Origin: Lama glama
Taxonomy: Eukaryota
Direction: 5' to 3'
DNA length: 64,000 nt
Assembly: GCA_028534125.1 (NCBI GenBank)
Contig: CM052816.1
Span: 14,138,001 to 14,202,000, forward strand
Under the pieces are notes generated by a model that worked only from the letters and a program-made list of their open reading frames with translations, had not been told where the DNA came from and searched no databases. This document shows positions 30,943-43,340 of this stretch, piece by piece. The position numbers and the translations under genes are program-made. Each line of letters begins with the position of its first letter. The first letter of the stretch is position 1.

Positions 30943-33900
30943 CCACTCCCTTTGCTTGCTCATTGTCTGTCTTGGCCACTAGATTGTAAGCTCTATGAGG
31001 ACGAGGAAGTTAAGCTTTTCACCACTATATTCCCAATGCCCAGGATGGTACATGGCTCATAGGTGCTTCATAAAAACGTGTTGGGTGAATGAATGAACTT
31101 CCTGAGCACTTACACACCCTGGTCTTGCCGAAGGCACTTTACATGCTACACATCCTTTTGTTCCGTCCTCAAAACACTATATCACTAAGTGGGACTCCCA
31201 TTTTTAAAGACAAAGGAAACCAGCCCAAGCACCGAACCTTCCCCAGCAAGGTGAGCCCCAAGCAGAAAGGGTTGCACAGGCTGTCCCTCCTGCCTCTGTC
31301 ACTCCCGCTTGGCCGGCTTGGCCTGATGGACTTCCAAGGTCAACTCAGACATCTTTTCTTCCATGTAGCTTCTCCTGCCCCAGGCGGGCCAGGTGCCCCT
31401 CCAGCACCCAGTAGAGCCTGCTTGGCTTCCCATTCCTTCTCCAACAGGCGGGGCGGCCCTGGGCAGGTTACTTCGCTCCCCTCCACTTCAGTTTCTGCCT
31501 CTAAAAAGTGCAGAAAAGAAAAGTACCTGCCTCAGGAGACTGTTGTGAAGATTAAATGAAGTAAGTAATAACCTTCAAAAATTGCCTGACATACAGTAAG
31601 TCCTAACATTGGCCCTTTCACTTACCATTCCGTGTTGTCATGGGTTGTTTAGCAGCCATCTCCTCCTACTAGCTGGGTGTTCCTGGAAGGCCTGGGACCT
31701 GTCTCACACCTCGCACGAGGCACGGCGCACCGTAGGCCAGCAATCACTGTTTGCTAAGCCAACGACAGTGACAGTGCAAGCCTGCATGTAGTATGTCCTT
31801 TTTTATGTGCCAGGCCAGATGCCAAACACTTAAAATAGAAACACTCATCTGAGCCTCACAACAAACTCATAAGGTACTATAATTTCTGCTGTTTTACAGA
31901 TAAGGAAACTGAGGCTTTCAAAGTTTAAGCAAATTGCCACCCAAATGCAGGTAAAGCCTGCATTCAGAGGAGAAGGAAGGAAGGAAGGAAATCAACTTGA
32001 CCTCACTATTGGCTTAGCCAACCCAGGGCTCAAGGGGATTAGTGTACAGTTCTGTGTAAAAGGGAAGGACAGAGCTAATAAACTTGCAAATCTCCCACCC
32101 TGTCCCTAACCTCGCTCTGGCTCCAGCCTAAATAATACAGTGGCCGCTAATTGTTTCCTGCTGTCCAGACGCTATCTCGTTGGCAATCAGGCACCCAGCT
32201 TGCGGTGCGGGTGCAGAGCCGGAGAACTGTCATCGTTCACCTCTGGGTGAGGGTTGAGGGGCACAGGGGGACGCGAGGCCCCTGGGTTTCCTAGTATCTC
32301 CACTTCCCTCTACCACAAATTCCTGCAGAGGAATGCACGTCCCAAAGCCACCTGATGAATAAATCATCCAGCCTGGAGAAGCCCATCCCAGACTGCAGCC
32401 CCGATCCTCCTGACTGTTTAAAAATTGGGAAAGAGAGATGAAAAAAAAAAAAAGTTCCATCTCTGAACACCACACCGGGGGAAGTTTCCACTTGCCCTGA
32501 GTTTCAACCCCCTTCGGGGACTGTCGGAAGCGCGTAGCCCAGCGCTGCCAGCACCCAGCACACAGAGCAGTTTGGGCTTGTCCAAAACTGGAAACAAACT
32601 CTGATGGGTTGGTCTGGTCTTTCCAAAGTGGTCCTGCTAGCTTGGGAAACGGGTGCCGAGAAAAGAATGATAGATGGGCCATTTGAAAGCCACCGTGGGC
32701 TAACCTGGTCACCACAGGAAGGATGGGGTATTGAGTCCAAAGAAGGTGGGTTTGGGGGCTGGCCTTGGGTTCAGATCACAGCTTCACCACTCACTGACTG
32801 AGAAATCTGGACAGGTTACTTAGCCTTTCTTTGCCTCAGTTTTCTCATCTGTAAAATGGGGGTAGTAATTCTCACTTTACACATTGTTGTTGGGATTACG
32901 AGGGACGATAGCTGTAAAATGCTAAGGAAAGAGGACCTAGTCGGCACACTGTCACACATTAGTTCATTCCCCCAGAGAGAGAGGGACCCCTGAGCCAGGA
33001 GGGCTGGGCCAAGACCCGCATTGGGGTGTGGTGTGAGTTCTGCTGGTAAGCCCCTTGATGAAGGGTTTTTAGCAGAGTGCTTTTGTATGGACAGTACGAA
33101 TGGATTACTTGTTGAAATGAAGAGAAGGAAACACACTGAAGGAGCAACCACGATGGTCCAGAAAGTGAAGCACATCATGGTCCCAGGCTCACAGAACTGC
33201 CAGGGAAAGACGGCCTGGTCCATACAGGCAAGGCTGCTGAGACGCTGGGAGGCTAGGTGACCCTCACACAGGAACCGTTGAGATCCAGGACTTGAACACT
33301 GGCTTTTTTTTTTTTCTCCACTATGTCACAGGGAATTAATACAATATGTCCCCATCCTCTGAGGATTTCAGACCGTCTGAAGATGGTCTGGCTGTGGGGC
33401 AGTTTAGGATCAGACCTCAGGGGGTCTGGAGTGCCACAACAGCACATCCAGTCTTGGCTTTTTGAGCAGGGAAAGAGACAAGTTAGGAGCTGTATTTGAG
33501 GAGGAGGAGCACTGTCAGGAGCAACAATCCCAGAAGGAACTAATACCAGCTCTTACTGCCGAGCTCTGGGCTTGCCCCAGGCCTGCTGTCATCGAGCTCA
33601 TGTTGGAGAGGAGGATCAGAGAGAATAAACCATCTGCCCGAAGTCCCAGGGCTGGTGAGAGGGACTTGCACTCACAGCCCAAGCTCCTGACCACTGCCTC
33701 GCCCTTCTGGGTGAGAGGTCAGGAACTCCAGGAAGAGCTGTGGGAAGGGAGAGGATGATGGCTGATGGCTGATGGGAGGGACCTGCAGAAAAATCTCTCG
33801 AGGTCTGTGCCTCCCAGGCCCTGGTCCAGCCAGGATGATGGGTGTCACTGAAAGCTGATCCACGCATCCCAGAGTCCCTTTCCTGACTTCCCATTGCTCT

Positions 33901-34949
33901 GGGCACCTCTGACCCCAACCCAGCAACAGAAGCCAAGATCAGAATCTGGTCCTGTCACCTCTTGGCTGTGCAACCTGGGCTGGTCTCTGCCTCAGTTTCC
34001 TCATCTGTCATGAGGATGTCATAGACCTACTTCACTGGAGTTCCATGAGAACTAAATTAAAGGCAACAAGGGACATGCATGTGCCCTAAAAGTGAAAGAA
34101 TGCTGTCTCTTTGTGACAAGTGACTCTTTATAAATTTCACCCCACTAGATTGTGAGATTATTTCTGCCTCTTGGCTGTCCCTCTGCAGCAAACTCCACAC
34201 TGGATCAGTCACACTGAGGCCTCTACGCTGGGTGTCTTGCTGGGGAAAGGCCCTGGGAACCAGAAGAGCCAGCATGGCCCAGGGACCAGGCTGCCCGGGC
34301 CTCCCCACCCCTGCCATCCTTTTCCTGAGTCTGCCGTGGCTTCCGAGGCAGCTGCAGCCCCGCACAATTCACCTCCTTCCCGTGTAACCCATTTCGGGAT
34401 TAGCCAGCCAGGAGGTCATAAAATGCAAAGAGGAAGTGGAGCATCCCACAATTGTAGGAACCCTGACTCCAAGGGAAGTAACCTGTCTGTTGGTCTGTCT
34501 GCCTCTGGGGAAGTGGGCCATAAATCCCAGTCTTAAGGGCTGGTGAAAGGATATGAGCTATTAAAAAAAAAAAAAAAGTCTGGGGCTTTTGAACCCTTTA
34601 AAGGGGCAACAGCCTTCTCTCAGGTAATTGGGGTTTGGTATCCAGGGCTCAAATGCTTCAGCCAACGAAGCTGCCAGCGCCCAGCTGGGAGAGTGAGGAG
34701 GGGAGGGTGTGCCGGGAAGCCCCAAGCCCTGAGACAGGCCCGGCCCATCCCCTTGCTCTCCCCTGCGCCCCTGACCCCAGCTGGTCACTCAGCACACACA
34801 GGCTAACTTGCGCCTAGGGACTGTTCGCTGCCTTCGAAGCACAGGATAGGCAGCTGTGTGAGTGATGCTAAGTGTTCCTCCAGGTTTGCATCCACCTTGC
34901 TATTTCTTCTACCTTGAATACTCTCCCCTCTGGTCCCTTCTCTTTTCTT

Positions 34950-35112
34950 ATTAATTGAAGTATAGTCAATTTATAATGTTGTGTTAATTTCTGATGTACA
35001 GGATAGTTTATTTATTTATACATATATTTTCCTTTTCATATCCCTTCCCATTATAGGCTACTACAAAGTACTGAATGTAGTTCCCTGTGCTGTACAGTAG
35101 GACTTTGTTGTG
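34950..35112 (-). mobile_element. 5'-truncated artiodactyl-type L1 3' end
   Basis: TTGAAGTATAGTCAATTTATAATGTTGTGTTAATTTCTG...TAGTTCCCTGTGCTGTACAGTAGGAC; same family as the copies at 41 kb, 48.3 kb and 51 kb. Confidence 0.8.
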
Positions 35113-35619
35113 TTGATTCCTTTTTAAATGTCATCACCTCCGAGGGCCCTTCCCTGACCACGCTGGCATCTTTCATCACATTAGTCAGTTTTATTTTCTT
35201 CAAGGAAATTTTGACCATCTTGGGCTTTATGGCCGTGTCCTCACCAGACCCTTAGCACCAGCACCCTGCTTGGCATGTGGAAGGCTTTGTAAATATCTAC
35301 TGCATGAATGAATAAATTAACATAAAAGCCACACAGAGGAGGGGCTCTTGACTCTGCTGTGGGCATCAGACAGCAGGCGGCACAGGAGTGTACCCTGAGG
35401 AGAAGCAGCCCTGGAGTGTGGGCCAGGGGGCACTGCCGGGAATGTTTCAGAGAGCAGGAGAGACGCGGGCCAGTCCGAGTACAGGGGCGGGAGGCGAGGC
35501 CCTACAGGAGGGTGGCAAGTAGGCTATAAAAGCTCTGAGAGCTGCACTACAAATAACTGTGACTGGAAAAAACTACATTTCACCAGGCATTTTCAAGGAG
35601 GAAGGAAGAGACTAAGAGT

Positions 35620-35915
35620 TAGAACACAGGGGACTCTTAGGGAAGGGAAACTGTCCTGTATGACACTGTCATAGTGACTACACGTCATTTGTCCAAACCC
35701 ATCATAGACTGTATAACAGACAGAGTGAACCCTAATGTAAACTATGGACTTCAGTTTTAATAATAATGCATCAATAGTGTCTCATCGATTGTTAACACAA
35801 TTAATATAAAATGTTAGTAACAGGAAAAATGGGGGGAGGGAGGGGTAACATGGGAACTCTGTAGTTTCTGCTATTTTTCTGTATACCTAAAACAACTTTA
35901 AAACATAAAGTCTAT
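35620..35915 (+). mobile_element. L1MC-like 3' fragment
   Basis: TTTGTCCAAACCCAT...AGAGTGAACCCTAATGTAAACTATGGACTT...ATGGGAACTCTGTA. Confidence 0.75.
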
Positions 35916-37980
35916 GCAGTGAAAAACGAAAACAACGTGTCCACCAAGAGTGACAGAACCACGCGACCATAAAAACTATGTACAGTTTAGAACAGTCTCC
36001 AAGAGAAAGGTCAAGTGCTAACCAGTGAGGATGGCGTGACCCCAACTTTGTGATTCCTCATGCATTTGCCTGACTATGGCTAGACCGTCTGCGACGATAC
36101 TCGAGACGATGCAGCATCACTCACCTCTGGGAGGGGATGTTTGGAGACTTCGGCTAGACACTCTTTGGCATTTTAAAAATTTTGTACCACTTGCAAGTAG
36201 CACCTATCCACAAAAGACATCAGTTTTTAAATGTATCTGTTAATTTAAAAACTGTTGTCCTTCAGGGCTAGCTTATAGGAGTACAGCAGAAAAGAAAGAA
36301 AAATCCGGTGCACAGTTCCCGTCTCCCAGGAGCTGATGGTCCCTCAGCATCCCTGCCTAACATTTATTACACTTGTGACGATTAGTTATTCTTAAGTATT
36401 TGCTATTATTTGTCTTTCCCGCTGAAGTATCAGCTCCTTGAAGCAACGGTATTGTCTGTCGTATATTGCTATATCTCTGATGCCTGCTAAAAAGACGTTT
36501 TAATAACTATGTGGACATACTGACAGCTTATTTTCAGCCTCTTCCATGAAGCTTGTGTGATTGCCCCATGGAAATATCTCCTACTTTTTAATGCCTTCCT
36601 GGTTTTCTTTCTTTGATTCATTCAACAAACACTAATTGAGTGACTACTGTGTCAGACCCTTCACAGTTCTACCTTGCAGTACAAACCTTCATGTTCCTTC
36701 CCCTTCCATGTGACCACTGCCTATGTGCAGTGATTATATATTGCCTTTGTATCTGTTTGTACAATCTAGAACATTACTGTGCGCCTAGTACACGTCCAGA
36801 GAGCGAATCTCCTCAATTCACGTTCTCACCAAAGGAGTACACACAAATAACTAACATGGGAGTGGACGCCGATTTCCCACTTCATCCTCGCAGCAAGCCA
36901 TCAGGATCAGTGCCATTTTGCAAATGACAGCACTGAGGCTAGAGACATTCAATAATCTGCCTGGAGTTACACAACCAGCAAAAAATAGTGGAGTCCAGAT
37001 TCTAGCCTAGAGTGGCCTACCTGTAGAAACCGGTATCATGTAAGGGAGGTACGCTGTTACCCTCCTGTCCGGGAGTCAGACCGCATTTCTGAGATGGCCT
37101 TGAGGGTCACACCATGGCTAATGGCTCTGCTGGTCTCATGGGCAACAGTCTGACTGCAGGCAGTGGCAGGGATGGGTTTTTCAAGGGGGTCACTTTAATG
37201 ACAACTGTCATTTAGTGACAGTGGTTCAGTCTAAGCACCAGAGAAGAGCACCATCAACAGGGAGGTGCCACAGGAAGTCAAAGGTGGGCTGTCAGCACCC
37301 AGTCAAAGGAGAGCCAGGAAGGGCCAGGCCAAGGCCTCCTAACATTCAAGCGATAATACCACCAGATAATCCATCCCAGAGCCCATTCTGGCCTGGTCAG
37401 AGAAGGGCAGGAGGGGACAGGGCTGCAGTCTGAGCAGCAGGACTCTGTGAGCCGGGGCGTGGATCCCCCCACAGTCGGGTCAGGAGCAGCAGCACAGAGG
37501 GTGGTGTGGAAGCACCAAGGAATATGGCGAGAGACACAGGCTTGGCGGTGAGGACAGTGTAATAATGTTAACTCCCTCACCTGCATGTCTAATAAGATAA
37601 AAGGTAGTTTCAAAAAACCAACAAACAGTAATTCACCAGGAACATCCCAAAAGTCTGTATGGTGCGCAGGCACGCTTGCTGGGTCACGCAGGGGACTCTG
37701 TCTCTACGTGCTGGCACCTAGCAGCCATCACCCCAGGCCACCAAGAGCCCAGGGAGCAAGACGCTCTCCTCATTTATAGCTGAGGAAACAGGCTCTTCCC
37801 AGGGTCTCATAGCTGCCAAGCTGCAGAGATGTTCAAACAGCTCCATCTGACCCCAGCCACAGGCCTCAGCCTCCTAGACTCGATGAGGTACCCCCTTGCC
37901 AGACACCACACCAGACCCTCAGCGTGCGCCCTCTCACCGAAGCCTTGCAGCCACCCAGTGCCTAGTGCTGTCAGCAGGCG

Positions 37981-38278
37981 CAGGACCAGCGTAAGCTGAG
38001 TGCCTTCATCCTAACTGAAGACAGGTTCGGTGCTGCTGCTTTCTCCTTTTAGCTTAGGCTCCAGCATAGCTCTGTATGGCCCTTCTTTATTTACATTTTT
38101 GACAATTCATTCCCCATGGATTTTTTGCAGTGATTTTTGACTCTCTAACAATATTGCATTAAATTATTATTTGTCTTGATCTCTGAGCTTTTGGCAGGGG
38201 TTGGGGGAAGTGGGGCACCTCTTAAAACTTTGTACCTAAGGCAAGTGCCTCACCCGCCTCACCGTGGTCCTGGCCCTG
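37981..38278. mobile_element. MER96-like hAT DNA transposon remnant
   Basis: Terminus AAGTGCCTCACCCGCCTCACCGTGGTCCTGGCCCTG (reverse complement CAGGGCCAGGAC...GGTGAGGCGGGTGAGGCAC), with a degenerate CAGGACCAG at the left end. Confidence 0.55.
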
Positions 38279-41170
38279 AGTTATATCCACTCTGGGGATG
38301 AAGAAACTGCTACATGGGGGAGGGGGAACATTATTTGTTGATTACAGAGCTGCTAAGTGCTAGAATGGGAACTGGAATCCTCGGAGTTCACTGCCTTCAA
38401 CGACCATGTTCAGTTCTCGGGGATCTGTGCCTTGTAGTCAGGAGGCTTTAGCCTCGGCTCTGAATCTGTCATCCTTCATTCTGCAGTTTTCAGGTATCAG
38501 ACCCACCCTCTCTGCTCCTATCTGGTCCTCCCTCACCCCCAGGACTCTGCCATAAACCCCATCTGTCCTTCCAAACCATCCCCCACCCAGCAGCCTCCCT
38601 GGAACTCCTCCTGACTTCCTGAGTCTCCCAAACGGATGTGGCTTCTCCGTCCTCTCTATCAAAAGCCCTCTGTGTATCTTCGCTATGGCACGTACTTTGC
38701 CCTCTGCTGCAGTAGATCATGTCTGGACTTGTCTTACTCATCTTCCCAGATGACCTCTGTTATCATCAACTCCCTGAGGCAGGAGCTGCAGGAGGAAGCA
38801 GGTTTCATCTACTTGTGTTTAAATGCCCTCAGGACCTCCCCTAGTGCTTTCTTCACAATAAACACTTAGGACAAATATTTTTAAATTCCATGTTGATGAT
38901 GGTTAAGAGGGCCAGCTCTGCCTCCAGGCAGACTGCCTTCAAATCCTGGCTCTGCCACTTCTGAGCTGTGACTTGGTCTGTTTCCTCAAGTGCAAAGTAG
39001 AGGTAATACTGGGCAGCTTAATGTAAGTTTCTAGTACACTTCCTGACTCACAGGACATTGTCATAGGATGTTAGCTGCAATTATTAAGTGCTCAACAGAG
39101 GTAGCAATTGTGATTAGGTGAGTGATTGTGCTAGCCATTTATAGATGGATTAGCGAGGCAGGAGACATCTGGGAGATGGGCCAAGGAGGCACTGAGCTTG
39201 AGTGTGGCTATGAGAACACAAAAAAGGGGAAGGATATACAAGGTACACGTTAGGGGGTAAATGGACACAAAGAAGGCAGGGGGGTGGGGTGGGATGGGCT
39301 GAAGATATTATTTGGGGGGTGGGGGTTCAGGGTTCTCAGTGGCTCCTGAAAACTGCTGCCACCACTCTGGCATTATGGAAACTGCTGGCCAACCTGTCCT
39401 GACAAAATGATAGTGTTTAAAACACACAGTGCAGCATGGGGAAGCCATGAATTGATAGGTCACCAAACAACAAAGAGAACGGCTCAGAGAGCATCTTCTT
39501 AGGGCTGGGGAGTCAGAGAACCTTCCTGTCCCTTCAGACAAAGGAGGCGGTGGGAAAACAAGGTTGCATTTTCCTCTTCCAGCCCCAGAGGTGTTAGTTT
39601 CTTCCCAGGGTGAGGCTGGGGGGAGGGGTCCTTAGGGAAAACCAACGTGAGAGCTACGGGGTCGGCCCCTCCCTGGCAGGCAGGGGCATTTGGTCAAGTG
39701 GCCGGAAGGAAGGTCCATTAGAAGGCCATAAAGGGGGCGAGCCTCCTGACCCAAGGGTCTCTGGTCATGTCGGCCAAAGGGCCAGGCTCAGGGCAAACAA
39801 AGGGACCTTCCTTGGCAGGAAGCCGCCAAGAGGCTCAATTGCCTCGTTTTCTTCCCGCCTCTCAGTGTTCCAATGGCCCCTCTGCTCACTGGGCTGCAAG
39901 CACCTTCCTCTCTACAAAACAAGGGGTGGGGGTGGGAGGCCTCTCGACGGATGAAGAGAAAGCTCCCTACTACAGAAGACTCTGGAAATGAAAGGAGTTA
40001 TCTCCTGAGGGTGATGGGTGACCTGAGGGGGGCCAAAAGGCCACCTCCATTTGGTGCCTAGAATTCCCACCCTTAACTACCGCCTGGGTCCCAGGCCCTG
40101 GGAGGTGTCATTATGACCTATTAGCAGCCTAAGTAAGTTTTAATGTTCTGGGAGGGGCTGAGGAGGCCAGGCTGGGAATGCTGAGGCTGTAAGGGAGGCC
40201 CAAGGAAGGGGCTCTAGACCAAATCTCCCTGAGGGGTGGTGAGAAAGGAAGGAGGTCTTAGACTGAAGGGGACTCAGAGGAGTTGAGAGGACAAACGCTG
40301 CCTATTTCAGATTCCCAAGCACATCCTGTCTCCACGAGACTTCCTCAGGTCCCTTTGTGCCTTGGCTTCTCAGCCAAGACTGCCCTAGCTAAACTCCTGA
40401 AAATCTGCTCACCCTGAACCACCACCTCCTTGTCTTGGTTCCACAGCCCCAGACTTCTGACAAACAAAACAAAAGAAAGCAAGACAAGCCCAGAGAGTTT
40501 CTCTTTATCTCCGCAGAGCCCGAGAACCAATGCGACCATGGGACCCTGCGCTTCCAAGCCTGGCCATGTAAACACCCAGCTATGACATCGGAATGGCTGA
40601 CACTTTTACCCCCACACAACGGGTTTTGCGCTGCCCGAGGGGCGTCAGGCTGGATCCCCGCCAGAGAAAAGCCCCTTTCTAAACAGCCTGTGTGGAGGAT
40701 GAGGCTGGCAGGTCTTGCACTGGTCTGTGCTGCCATCACTCACCCAGCAGGTGGGGGTCTCAGCCATGTTGGACAACAATGACATTCTGGCTAGGCTGTG
40801 TGCCAATGAGCTGTGTGACCCTGGGCAAGTGACTTAATCACTCTGAGCCTGTTTCCTCTGTTGTAAAATGGGGCTGATAATAGTAGCTACCTCGTAAGAT
40901 TTCTGAGAGGACAAAATGCTTCTTGCTCCCAGGCTACTGACCAAAATACCCAACCCAGCCCAAGAAGCCCAGCAGGTCCTGGGCTACGTGCCTGTCCATC
41001 ATGGCGCCTGCTCTGTCCCTCCTGCTTGGACTTCTGGCTCTTGGATCTTATCTAGGTCCTCAGCACTCTGAGCACTGCACTCAGCACCCACTGGACCAGT
41101 TTCCGGGAAAATCTCTCTTTGGGTAGCTCCAGTTTTCTTCTTTTTTTAGAGTTTTTTCTTTAATTCTTAC

Positions 41171-41338
41171 TTTTTTGTTGAAGTGTAGTCAATTTACAAT
41201 GTTAGTTTCATGTGTACAGCAAAGCGATTCAGTTATACATATGCATACATATATACATTTTCAGATTCCTTTCCATTATAGCTTATTATAATAAACTGAA
41301 TATAGTTCCCTGTGCTGTACAGTAGGTCCTTGTTGTTT
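41171..41338 (-). mobile_element. Artiodactyl-type L1 3' end (minus)
   Basis: TTGAAGTGTAGTCAATTTACAATGTTAGTTTC...ATAGTTCCCTGTGCTGTACAGTAGGTCCTTGTTG. Confidence 0.82.
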
Positions 41339-41390
41339 AACTTACATGTTCCTGCCTTGACCCCAGCTCTATCTAAATCAGGCCCCTGCT

Positions 41391-41878
41391 GTGAATGGAT
41401 GAAAAAAATGTGGTGTATATATACAATGGAATACTACTCAGCCATAAAAAGGAGTGAAATAATGCCATTTGCAACAACATGGATGGAGCTAGAGATTATT
41501 ATACTGAGTGAAGTAAGCCAGTCAGCAAAAGACAATATCATATGGTATCACTTACATGTGGAATCTAAAAAAAATGACACAAACTTGTTTACAAAACAGA
41601 GAGACTCACAGACATAGAAAACAAACTTACGGTTACCACGGTGGGGAAGAGGGGAGGGAGGGATAAATTGGGAGTTTGGAATTGACAGATACAAACTACT
41701 ATGTACAGAACAGATAAACAACAAGGTCCTACTGTATAGGACAGGGAACTATATTCAATGGCTTACAGTAACCTGTAATGAAAAAGAACATGAAAAGGAA
41801 TATATACATAACTGAATCACTATGCTGTGCACCAGAAATGAACATAATATTGTAAATTAACTATACTTCAATTTAAAA
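41391..41878 (+). mobile_element. Artiodactyl-type L1 3' end (plus), includes ORF2 C-terminal remnant
   Basis: Translates as EWMKKMWCIYTMEYYSAIKRSEIMPFATTWMELEIIILSEVSQ, the L1 ORF2p C-terminus, followed by the L1 3'UTR. Confidence 0.92.
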
Positions 41879-43210
41879 AGGGGGGGGGGAATGGGGAAAT
41901 CAAGGCCCTATTTTTCCACCCTGTCACACCCTCTTGTTTCCCTTCCCAGCACTTGGCCCCGTCCATCATCCAACCCTGGTTTGGATGATCTCGTGTTTAA
42001 GGCCAGCTCCACTCAGTACACCGCAGGCTCTCAGAAGAAAGAGGCTCTTAGTGAGGGGCTTCAGTGCCTAGTGCATAGCTAGTGCTCAAATGCATCTTGG
42101 TTGGATGGAAAAAATACAACGAGATGATGGTGGTAAAATACCAGGCACAGTTCTGGGCCGTTAACATCATCAGCCACTTTGGCTGTTCCTCTGTGCCAGT
42201 TGATCCAAGACCCTTCAGGAGAGAAAATGAAGGAGACAGGTCACTCCCTGCACACCAGTCAGACAGGAGCCAGGAGGGTGTGATCAGCATCAAAAGGGAA
42301 CAGTAAAGGAACCGTATTGAATTAAATGTTCCACGGTGGGGTGGGGTGTCACTGCCTCAGAAGCTCAGAATGAAAAGGAGCTAAAGAGTGCAGAGAAAAG
42401 GGGTATCAGAAAAAAGAGAACTGAAGGCGAGGGAAAAGTGGCATTGGATAAGCCAAGGAGAGTTGTGGTAACATTCCATGTGGGAGGAAAATCATACCCC
42501 ACTAGCCACCATTTTCCATTAGCAATAGCAGCAGTAATCACTACCATCATCACAGAGCTGATATGCAATGCAGCGTTCACAACGGACCAGGAACCACACC
42601 AAGCCTTTAATAGACTTACTTTATTTAATCTTCAAAACAACCCTAAGAAAGTTCTTTTATTCTCACCATTTGAGAGCACATCTCTTCCCATATTCATGTT
42701 GACCATTTCAGAGGTAAGGAAGTTAGGGCTAGGAGAGTGTTCCATAATTTGCCCCAAGGCTAACAGCTAGTAAGCAGAGGATCTGAGACTGACACTCACA
42801 CCATTTCCAGAGTGAGTGGGGCCAGGAAAGGGCTGGGACAGCAAACCCTGAATGGGGATGGCACATGTGATCCGTTATGGTACAGAATGAAAAGGGTAAT
42901 GTTTCAGAGTTGACAAGCTAAGCCCATGGACAAGGCGGCCATGGTGGACACAAAGACGAAGGGCAGATGATGCAGGAGAAATTGTAAAGAAGGGATAGTC
43001 AGGACCTGGAAGCTGACTGGCTCCAAGTGTTGGATGTTAAAGGGCATCATTTAAAGAGACACTAAAGTTTTAAGCCAAAGCATGATGTGAGTCCATCCCC
43101 CATCCTGTCAACGGGACTTTAGGAGTTTCTTTTGACAATCCGCCCCAGAGCTTAGGAACTACCTATCTTGCCCCACTCTCCAGGGTTTTTAAGATACCTT
43201 TCCCCAGGTC

Positions 43211-43340
43211 CAGTGGTATGCCAGTGCTGGCTCCTAAGAGCTGTCTGAGAACATCTCTCCCCACTTCCATGTTTTGCAACATCACGTTGGTTGCCTGGGA
43301 GTATTTACACTGCGGAAATTGGTAAATGCTACAAATCAGT
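43211..43340 (+). mobile_element. MER63-like hAT remnant
   Basis: CAGTGGTATG...CATCACGTTGGTTG...GGGAGTATTTACACTGCGGAAATTGGTAAATGCTACAAATCAG. A related piece at ~53170-53315 ends CATTTACCAGCACACCACTG. Confidence 0.65.

Noticed and set aside
40744..40757. CTCF-like CCAGCAGGTGGGGG (and weaker matches near 4215 and 4721)
   Set aside because: They lack key consensus positions and cannot be supported without a PWM scan or ChIP.
41312..41617. 101-aa ORF with a protein-like segment
   Set aside because: It is the C-terminal remnant of L1 ORF2p in a truncated element.
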